From positions 1 through 33,868 of the forward strand of contig JASJQH010006944.1 of NCBI GenBank assembly GCA_040143965.1: 33,868 nt of DNA, given 5' to 3'. This DNA is from Basidiobolus ranarum (lineage: Eukaryota). A program made the translations under genes and the position numbers. Below, in pieces: positions 23,369 to 33,868 of this stretch (position 1 is its first letter; each line of letters begins with the position of its first letter). The notes below the pieces were generated by a model. That model did not search any database. It was not told the DNA's origin and worked only from the letters and a program-made list of their open reading frames with translations.

Positions 23369-24093
23369 CGCTGCTTACATTGTTAATGTCATCCACAGGG
23401 ACGAATGCACAATATAGAGCTGATGCTCACTCAGATGGTAGATAGTGATTCGGGTGATTAACACAACTTCTGCGCGGCTTAAATTAACATAAGCCATTCG
23501 ACTTTCAGTGGCTTGTCGATCGACCAACAATGGAAAGTATAGCCCGAATGAAGTTGGCTAATGTGATCGAGTCGAGAAGTAAGAATAGATATTGAAGCGA
23601 ACGTTTATCACCAAACTGCCATGGTCTGTTGTAAGCTAGGCTTATGCCTAAGTTTGAGAATTCATTCCCAAAAAGGCTCTCCAATATACATGTGAAATAG
23701 TGACACAGTAGATGCTTATATATGTTCTTTATCTGGAATATCATGCCGACCCTTTTGGTTTTTTTTTCATGCTAAACTGGGATCATACTGATTGAGTTTC
23801 AATTTTATCTGATAGTGGTTTCGTGGTTTAGATAAAAGAGCCAGCTTCTCCAACTGATTCCACTCAGCATATGATGCTAGATACTTTCAACGCATATACA
23901 CGAGTTGTTTTGCCTTCTTCAGCTTTGACTACTTCCCCTTTCGAAAACTGCTACCTTTGCCAAATCCTCTGCGCCACCCAATATATCACAATTGACGGAG
24001 GCTAATTTGAACTACTACGCTTCCACATATTGTTAAATTATCTAGTTTATAACACGAATATCTGAACGGACGGACCATCCTATATCATAGAAC

Positions 24094-24739
24094 ATGAACA
24101 CTTCAGAATCCACTCGTCTTCAGTTACAAAGATCTGTTCTTAGCACAGTAATCTCTTTCATCGAGTACAAGAAACTTCGCTTTCTTATCCTCGACTGTCC
24201 TACTGACTCGAACATTCCTCTTTACCTTAAAGAATTTCGTAACTTTAATGTTACTCACGTAGTGGTAAGTTCGTTTGAATTTCTCTATTTAAAAGGTAGA
24301 GATTCTAAACCAGTTTCCATATGTGTAGCGTGTTTGCGAACCCACCTACAATACCGGATCCCTGATGAGTGCTGGTATTAAAGTTCATGACTATCCATTT
24401 GCTGATGGTGGTATTCCACCCACCGCTTTGGTTAAAAATTGGTTGAGCTTGGTAAAACAATGTGCGACTTCGGAGAATGATGAGGAGGAACCGGAAACGA
24501 TCGCCATTCATTGTGTAGCTGGACTTGGCCGTGCACCAGTTTTAGTAGCAATTGCCATGATTGAACATGGTATGGAATCCCTCCATGCGGTAGAATATAT
24601 TCGTAAGAAACGTAGAGGAGCATTCAATAACCGACAAATTGAATACTTGGATAACTATAAGAAGGGAAAACGTTCATCAGGATTTAAACATTCCCTCAAC
24701 AAGATGTTCAAGTTTTCCAAGAACATTGAAGTGAATTAA
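24094..24739 (+). CDS. PRL/PTP4A-family (type IVA) protein phosphatase, 2 exons
   Basis: Exons 24094-24264 and 24329-24739 (GTAAGT...TGTAG). Motifs [43 protein letters not shown] and [13 protein letters not shown] are diagnostic of PRL phosphatases. Confidence 0.93.
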
Positions 24740-25418
24740 TTTCTTAGTTATCATGATAACTATGCCTACATCTCAATTAGATGTAGTCTGTCAAAGCCAC
24801 CTTACTTGATTCGGTTTTCATTAGATCACTTTAACTATTTATATGGTAATACCCTTCTATATTTATGTTGAAGATGAGGAGCACTGTTTTAGTAAGTATT
24901 GATGAACAGTTCTGTCGAAATGTTCTTTAGGAGATAAGCCACTTCCCAAATATTCCTTTGGACATACCAAAAATAGATAGTAGAATGATCGATAGCAATC
25001 TATAAAATAAACCGTTAGTTAAATCGTATTCCATGGGTTAAATGTACATATATACGACTGAGATACATCATTTTGAAGGAACCATGTGTAAATGGATAAA
25101 GCCATTCTCATGTGACAAGCATAATACCAAACAACTTACTGTTTTGGAATATTATCACAGCACGTAGAGGTTCTAGCTTTTAGGGTTCAAACAAGGTTCA
25201 TATTTTGATTTTAAGAAACATCCATGGTGTGAACACAAACGAGATCTTTGAGAAGAAATAGCCGAATTTTTATTAAGACAAAAGGAGTTTATTACAAAAA
25301 GCGGGATAAGAAAATGTGATAAAAAGCAACATTAGAGGGGGTGAGATTGTAAAGTAAACGAACGCGAACGAATAAAGTTATACTAAATGATGAATGATAA
25401 TGTAGTGAATCAATTTAC

Positions 25419-28400
25419 TTAATTAGATCTATTTCGGTTCTTGATGACTGTGAGACGTTCTTTGCTATTGGCAAATTGACTAGTCTTATTCTTGCGACTA
25501 TTCTTCTTCATCTCATTCTTCTGGATCTTACGCTTAGCATGGGCTTCTGGATCAGTGATGGCCTGGAAGGAGCGTTTGGCCTTACGTTCGCGACGAATAT
25601 CTACTACACGTTGACGAATCTGGTTGTATGTCTCGTGATAGACGGTGGTGCCCACTTGTTTACGAACGAAGTCCAATACCTCTTGTCCCAAGGCTCTCAG
25701 ATCTTCTGCTTCCTTACCCTTGCTAGTCTCATCATTCACAGTTCTATAAATGGGTGAAACAATGGGGATAAGGTAAGGTTGAAGTTCTTCAGGCTTAATG
25801 AAGCTAGCCATCGCGGCAAACCATTGGAAGATGAAGATTCTACGAGCAGTTGCTTTGTTTCCACCGATATCCGATCTAGCAACGAAAGAGAGTTTTTTGA
25901 ATAACCAGAATAATGCCCGATTACGGTTACTATCTCCATTCGCTTCTTCTCCTTCTCCTTCTTCTACTGGCTCAGCCTCAGCTTCAGACTCAGATTCACT
26001 ATCCTTATCCTCACCACTTCTGGTACCGTTATGATAGAAGCATTTACCAATGAAGAATGCGTTCTTAACAAGTTGAGTTCCCAAGTCCTCACTGAGATAT
26101 TCACTCTTAAGTTGAAGGCACAGTTTCTTAGCAATCTCCAAAAGCACCGACTTGCGCAGATAAGTATCTTTGGTTCCAGTGGTAGAGAACAACATTGTCT
26201 TGGGGTCAAGATATGTGAAGTAGATTCCGAACAAACGGGCAGTAGATAGACGGATCCAACTATGAGGGTGTAGGAGAAGTGAGATGATCAAATTCCAAAT
26301 TTCTCGGGAGCTTTCTTGGGTAATCACCAATGGGAATTTACGAATCAACTTTGTAAAGGTAGAGAGTGCGAAATATCCAGTTTCCCACTCGATTTCCACA
26401 TCCATATCTGCTTCTTCATCATTTTCTTCATGTTCTGACATATTTTGTTTGTTGTATTCCAAAATGGTTTTGATATGACCAAGTGTTTCTGGAATGTATT
26501 TCTTGGATTTGTCGTCGAACGAATCAATAATGAGTCCGTATACTTGAATGGAGGCTCTCTGAAGATTTTGTTGACTAGAGGGTTCGAGCCACTTGTTCAG
26601 AAGAAGGAAGATGTTCTCTAAACGGGTGGTATCCATTCGAAGAAGCAAATTCTTGATCAATACACCAGCCATTTCACGGCATTTGTTGGACTCATCATTG
26701 ACCATAGACATGACCAGAGAGAGGAAAAACATCTCCGCGTATTCCATCAAGATTTGATCGGCGAACTTGGAGAAAATTACATTCAACATTTCCATTACTG
26801 ATTGTCGACCACTCTCGTAAACATAGTCGAGATTCTTGACAAGGAAGTTCATCTGGTTGCGAAGACGTCCTTTACCTTGAGGATAATCGAGCAGAAATTG
26901 AAGGTACACATGTCTACAGAGCTCACGGACTTGAGAGGACTGACTGGTGACCATGATTTCGGAGATTACTTTCATAATATCGTAGACCTCCTCGACGATG
27001 AATTTTCTCGAGATGATGGCTTTGATGAGGGAGAATGTGATGCTTTGTCTCTCGGGTTCTTCCAAATCTGGTCTAACAAGATCAAGTACAAAGGCAAGCT
27101 GCTTCTCGGTAACATTAACGCTATTGTTATCACGGATAGCAATGGTTAATAATTTGAAGCAACTCTGTACTAACTCAGAGTGAGTAGTGCTAGATCCCTT
27201 AATAATTTGGAAAACGCGTTTCACAATAACAGGGAGACCTTCTGTGAGAGATGGAAGGGGAATCTTACAAAGTATACTCAAAGTACGTAGAGATAAGATG
27301 ATGACTTTTTGATGCTTAGAGTATGTAGAGTTTCCGACCACATCCACAAATGGATCAAGCATTTCCAGATGTTCTTTGCATTTGACATCGAACTTGCTTC
27401 GCTTAAGAGCAGACAAAAGGATGCTCAAACCGAATTCAACAAAACGATGGGCATTGGCATTGAAATAGTTGGGCTTTTCGTAGCCAGGATTTCTACCCAA
27501 TACCACAGTGAAATTGGTTTCGAGATTGGTCTTTTCTTTCTTGACCACCTTCTTAGTCTGAGATAACTTCAAGTTTTGTGAGATCAAACCGTGACAGAAT
27601 ATGAGGATTTCCTTTGGTTCGAACTGAGGATTGTTGTTGATACCTGCAGATATACGACGGAGGGATTCATCAATCTTACGAGTGACTTTACCATTCTCAG
27701 TCTCAACCATGATTTCTTTGAAGGGAACAAGTAGAACTCCGATGGACTTGAAGCGAATGATACGACCAAGAAGTTCGAATGATTCAAAACTCTTGTGGGT
27801 CTTGGCTTCCTTCATCTTATTGGTGATCTCCTGGGTTTCCTTTTCGATACCAACCTCACCGAACACATCTTCGATGAGGATTTCAATCACTGGCTCAAGA
27901 CAGTAGTCGATATCACCAACGTTTAGCTCAGGAACCATGTGCACCAAGATCGAATGCAAGGTATATCCCAAGACATGGAGTTGATAACCTCTTTGAAGAG
28001 CACCCTTCAATTCCTTAACAATGAAGGAAAAGTAAGTGGGTCCTAAGAAAGTGGCAATCTTTACAAGAGTACTACGAGTAGTATCTCGGGTCTCTTGGGA
28101 ACGACTTCTAAGGGTTTGACAGATAGAGGTCAACATTCCTGGGAGATGAGTTTGTAAAGCTTTAACCGGAAGACACTTTAGAAGTTTAGTGATAGCTAAT
28201 GCAACTGGAACTCGAACATTAACATTTTCATCATCACGTTTGGTCAAATACTTTTGAAGATCTGGCAACAACTGAGAAGTTACCGCGTTCAATATGTATG
28301 AGGCAGTGGAAGGGCTAAGTTGAGATGCCAGGGTTTGATTGGGGTGTAGCTGGTTTGACTCTTCTTCGATCTCTTCCTCTTCCTCCTCATCTTCAGGCTC

Positions 28401-31400
28401 CGCTGCGGGGGCTGCAGAGGCATCAGCTTCGGTGGTATTTGTTGGTGCTTGAACTGCTGGCTTGGGAAGCTCAAATACGGCATTGGTAAGATCGAAATGG
28501 AAGTCTTCCAAAAGTGCGACGACAACTCTGACCAAGATCTTCTCCAAGAGAGGCTTCTTGGGGATCAATTTGAGGTATTGTCTAATCATCCCGTAGTATG
28601 GACCCCAAGGCAATTGTTTACTAATAACACCCAATCCAGTAACCGTTTCATTAATGAGATTGTGATCAGAGATGGTATCTGACTCGAAGATGAAATGAGA
28701 CAAGAGGGGAATGAAGATTCGGGTGATATTGGAGGCCTTGATTTTACCAGCTTGGCATTCTGTAGCCAAACGGGTGACTGATCTAATACGACGATGAAGC
28801 TGGATATGATGGATATTGTTGAAGAAACTGGCTTCGTCATCGCCTTCAGCGAGCAAACAGGACATATCTGATATTTCATCCAGATCTGGACGTTCTTTGA
28901 TGGCATGAGCAAGAATGGTAAGGAATTCCACTCTGATGATTTCTTGTCGAGATCTCATACCCTTTCTGATGGAAGGGAAGACAACATGGGTGAGCAAGTT
29001 GTGGAACTTCGCATTAAGCTCCGAGTCCTTGATGTCGATAGTGCGATCAACGAATTTAGTCAGTGCAAACGATGCATTGTTACGAATGGACATTTCCTCA
29101 GGATCTTGAACAAAATAGATCAGATTGTGCAAGACAGGAAGCCATTGGTCGGGTGTAAATTCGAGATAGATTGTTTGAGTAAGAGTTGCAAAAGCGACCA
29201 ATCTTCTGTCAAAGTCTGGCTCATCCAAACGAGTAGCCGAGAACGAATTTAACTCAGTAATAAGTTGAACGACAGGCAGCAACTTAGGGTCGAATGAGGA
29301 AAAGGTAGTAAGCACCTCGGCCAAAAGTACACGACAATCTCTAGATTCCAAGGTAGAGAACATAAGAGAAATAAACGAATAGTAACGAGTGTACAGAGAT
29401 GAGAGTTCCTTGAGTTCGACAATAAGAGGAATGAAATTCTTCATGATGAGAAGAATATCTGCCTTGGTCTTCTCAGGAACCACTCTAACAGGCTTCTTGA
29501 GACTTGGAAGCAAAATATCAACCAGTTGACGTGCTTGTTCACCATGCTTAACATAGGCAGCAATTTGAGAGAGGATAAAGATCTGTCTCTTTGAAAATTG
29601 ATCTTTACCAAAAGCAACACTCTCACTTGCGACAGTGATAATATGGCCAATGTTATTAAGCAAGTCATCCACATAAGGCAGGATAATATATTCAGCCAGG
29701 TTTTGTTCATTGTTTGAGCTTGGCTCCAAATGCATGGACAAGATGTCTTCGATAATTTCCAATACAGCAGAGATGACGGAGTTCTGAACCTTCTTGGCAG
29801 ACAGGCATCCGAAGATTACTTTTAAGAGATTCTTATCATAGTCAACAAAGAAGCTAACATACTCGACACGCTTGGCCCAGATGGTAAACAAATCCATAAG
29901 AGCAGTAGGGGCTTGCGAGTTTTCGACGGAGAACTTGGGAATTCGAGGTGTGATTGCAACTTCGAAGATATATGGCAAATAAGCAGCATAATCAAAAGTG
30001 GCATTTAACTTAAAGAATCCACCAAGACGCTTGACGCTAAGCTGTCTAATTTCTCTTCTCTGTAATAGATCAATAGGCTCAAGGTCATCCTCATTAACTG
30101 TGCGAGAGGCATCAGTTAACATGTATAGAACAGTTTTCAAAAGCTCTGGAATAAAGGGAAGTACAAACGAAGCCAGTTGTTTGAGGACATCTTCCAGATT
30201 ATGAAGGAAACCAAGTTGCTTTCTGACAGGTACCATAGCACTAATATTGAAGTTAACATCAGGTTGGAATTTCCCGTCCACGATGCCCGGTGTTGAATTC
30301 AAACATTCGAAGGGCTCAAGCATAAGTTTGATGAACTCATTGAGTTCCTCTTCGCTCAAATGAGCTATTGTCTGAAGAACGGCAATTCTGCGGGCAGCCA
30401 TTCCAAGTTTAGATGACACCTTTCCTTTTCTAGCGATCATACGACCGTAGAGAATACGAACAAGCAAGGGGATAAGTTCAGCGCGATGTGCGGCATCTAC
30501 ACTACCACTCTCCCGATCCAATGAGAAAGTGGAGAGTTCATCACGGAATTTGATATCATCCAGCAAATTTCTCAAATTATCCGCATAGGGAATGACTTGT
30601 GGAGTTTTCCAAGTGAATACACACTCTAAAGCTAACAATTGAATCTTGGCATCACCTCTAGCGAGAAGTGAAAGGTAAATAGTCTTGAGTTCGACGGATT
30701 TGTATACACTCTTTGGGTTCTTGAATTTAGCGAAGAGTTGTAGATAAAGGTTCATCTTGTTCTTGGTAGCCTTTGTAGAATGCTCAAGAACTAGTCCTTT
30801 GTCGGTTCTTTCACTAGCCCCATCAACATCCATATCCTCATTCTCTTCTTCAGCGTTTTGTCCGTGCAACTGAATCTGTTCAAAGACAGCCTCATATTCC
30901 TCTTTGACGAATTTCATGAATACAGGCACCAAGCTTCGAGAATGTTGCTCGGCAATATATGGCACTTCGCCCAAAGTCTTGATGATAAGACTATAATAAT
31001 TCCAGTAATCCAAATGATCCTTAGTAGGCTCCCAAATAGAAATGAACTCCATCAAGAAGCTTTTAGCCATATCAGTCTTTACGAAAGATTGACCAACCTC
31101 AAAAGCCTTATGAAGCTTTTGAACGGCTGGACAGCTGAATGTTAAACCACCACTCTCAACGGGTTTAAATGCCACTTCGAAGTGATGCATATTCGCAATG
31201 TATTCCAAATACGAGTCATTTGCAACTGGAGTTAAGCCACTTTCTAATAGACGAGACTCTTCTTCGAATTTGGAAAATTCATTGTGGAAAATATCCCAGA
31301 AAGTATGACTATCCACTTTAGCGAATTTGGCTGCAAGTGAGATAGCCTCAGGCCAGATAAGGCTCAAGTTGATGGTGAAAAGACCTAACAGAAATGCATG

Positions 31401-33850
31401 TTAATTATGATGCTTTTGGAGTTTGGTGAATTCTTTGTTATTACCAAGAGCAAGACGAGGGGCAACCTCTTTGTAGAATTCAGGCATGCGACCACTTTCT
31501 ACAATCAAGGAAACTCGACGGACATACATCAGTTTGTCACGATAAGTATGAATACTGTTGGAAACTTGTTCAATAAGGAGACATTGATTGAATATCTAGA
31601 ATTGTAACGAGTGTAAGTTATGATGTGAGAAACACAAACATTCCAACAAATATAACGTACATCACAGTCCTCCAATTGTCCTTTGTCGTTAGATTTCATC
31701 TTAAATTGTTCAAATATACTCAAGACTTCAAATGTATAGAGTCGCTTTCCTTGATAGACGGAACTGATATTGGCTAAAAGATGGGGATAAACTTTCTCGA
31801 GAGACTTGACCGAAAGATAACTCTTACAGCTGGGGCTGCAAAGTAAAGTTAGAATTGGACCATTATCACAAAAACTTCAAACACTGAAATACCTGTTGCG
31901 AATTGCTTTCAAGTAGGAAGCTACGCCCTTGACGACGAGCTGGCAAGATCCATAAGGAATCAAGATATCATCAATAACAGTCTCTACAATAGTGGTTAAA
32001 GCTTCAATTCCTTTCTCGCCATTCTTCTGGGCAACTATGGTAAGAGCTGATAAGCAATGACCCAAAAGCGATTCCACCGAAACAGCCGAATCTCCTTGAG
32101 AAATGCTACCTTTGATCATCTCATGCTTGACATCATCTCTAGAGAGAAAAGCAGTAAGGTTGCTTATCAAGGTTTTGATAGCATTGAAGGATTTTTCAAA
32201 TGGAATAACAACGAATGGGATGATATCCAAAGTAGCAGAAACCAAGGCGACATCAAGAATATTCTGTGACTGTCAGAGATATACAAAGTTAGTAATAAGG
32301 ACCAGAATGAATGTGACATGATGGCATATTTACATCTTCAAAGTCTATCTCATTGAATCTTTCCACATCTTTCGCCCAATCTCTTTCTTTTTGAACTATG
32401 TCCAACAAGCCATCGGCAAGCAATACTTGCTCCTTATTATTGGACAGTTTTGGGAATCTAACCCGACCTTCTTGAGTAAGAACCGAAGATACTAATCCTT
32501 CAGAAAGAGCTAAAACCTCATTTTTCATCAAATAAGACAAAAGTAAAATGATTGGGACAGAGTGTGTGTTCCAAGAACGAGAAGAGAAGCTGCAATATAT
32601 CAGAAGGATTAGCACAAGGGTAGAAATGGAAATGGTTCAAGACACAATAAACATACTTCACAATGTACGGCAACAAAATTTGAGTGTACTGGCTCCATTC
32701 AAATCGAGCTAAAGCAAAGCACAAAGAGATAATAGGCACAGGATCCTAGAAATTAATTTGGAATTAGAGACGAGCTGGAGAGGTAATTAACCTGTCGTAT
32801 ACACTTACATGATACTGGAACACTATATCTAAAATGACTTTGCCCTTGGACAAAGTGTCTTCCAATTTGCCCTTGAGAAGAGTTGAGGATACGAGTTTCA
32901 GCAATTCTTCAATAGCATAAGTTGGATGACTCTTGGAAGAATCAACCAATAGGGCTCTACAAGCCTTCTCTGTAACTGTGTGAACACGAGGGAAATCTGT
33001 CAAAGCGATAAGAATTTAGGTTAGTCCTCAGCAGTAAGTTTGAATATAATCCATAAATAGAATGGCAAATACCTATCAATTTGGTTCCCTTTCTGATAGC
33101 CACAAGCATGTTAATGATTGCCAACAACTTGCCAAGCTTCATGCTTTCCTCGTGTTTACCCATTTCAATGTCTTTAAGACATTCCTCCGCTTGACCAAGG
33201 ACCAAATCCCATACTGGAGAAATGTGCTCCTTTTTAACGTAGTGACCAATTAAAGTGTAGACATTAATCACCAATTTGAACAACGAATCTTGATCTAAAC
33301 ATATGACGAGTTAGTATCGGCAAGAGAAGCATAAGAGGCGAATGACTTACATAGGTCTGATTGAATGTCACGCTGGTATAGGAGAGTAAGCAACTCTGAA
33401 AGAATACTAACACCACGGGAGTGTAGACGATTTTTCACATGCTAGAAGTAGTCAGAGAAAGGATTAGATTGATAATAACAAGAAAAATGCACAACTTCTT
33501 TACCTTGGATGCTTCAAACAAAAGCGCACTTATACCGTGGCAGTAGTCTTCACTATAATTCTCGACAAGAGAAGAAATCATATGTGAAATAATGCCATTC
33601 AAATCATCTCCTCTAGTCTTACGAATTAAAAATGAAAATGACTCGGCAGCAAAAACTCGAATGTATGGTTTTTGTTGGTGTTCACCAAGTAAAGGTGAAA
33701 GCAAGCTAAAAACGAATTTGGATGTATTAGTATTCGGATGACTTCTGTATTACTTGCTAGTGAGGGTATTTACCGGAATGTAGGTCTTAAATCAACAACC
33801 AACTGTTTTGATAAATATTTGAACAAGTACGCAATAGCGTTAAATGACCA
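25419..33850 (-). CDS. UTP20: U3 snoRNA-associated protein 20 (SSU processome HEAT-repeat protein), 5'-partial
   Basis: Exons in window: 33850-33774, 33705-33504, 33441-33351, 33294-33073, 32996-32809, 32745-32657, 32589-32334, 32269-31893, 31835-31661, 31595-31445, 31384-25419, in frame with GT-AG introns. Motifs: WSFNAIAYLFKYLS, YIRVFAAESFSFL, FFNNIHHIQLHRR, LQRGYQLHVLGYTLH, MKEAK, FLLDYPQGKGRL, YESGRQSVMEML, HPHSWIR, and a basic C-terminal tail. The gene continues beyond the window. Confidence 0.93.
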
Positions 33851-33868
33851 CTACACGAGAAAACGAAA

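Noticed and set aside
25476-31145. Many antisense or alternative-frame ORFs inside UTP20
   Set aside because: Expected by-products of codon bias in a long coding exon. None carries a recognisable domain.

Overview
Gene-dense, intron-rich, AT-rich eukaryotic DNA with short introns (mostly about 55-80 nt, GT...CTAAC...YAG). The gene content and a minor-spliceosome intron suggest an early-diverging, non-Dikarya fungus; this taxonomic call is inference. I reconstructed exon structures by hand. In order: the 3' end of one secreted Cys-rich protein gene and a complete tandem paralogue; a 15-exon STE20/GCK-III (Sid1/MST3-like) kinase; ATG8 (minus strand, absent from the ORF track); VPS9 (Rab5 GEF with CUE domain); a secreted hevein/CBM18 protein with an 11-aa repeat stalk and GPI-like tail; a Byr4/Bfa1-like gene; a Puf4-type Pumilio protein with a CCCH zinc finger; FMC1 (absent from the ORF track); a PRL/PTP4A phosphatase lacking a CAAX box; and most of UTP20, which runs off the right edge. 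The strongest unusual signal is a consensus U12-type AT-AC intron (9491-9564) inside the VPS9 catalytic domain. I saw no tRNA, rRNA, CRISPR array or intact transposon. Most other short ORFs in the track are antisense or frame shadows.
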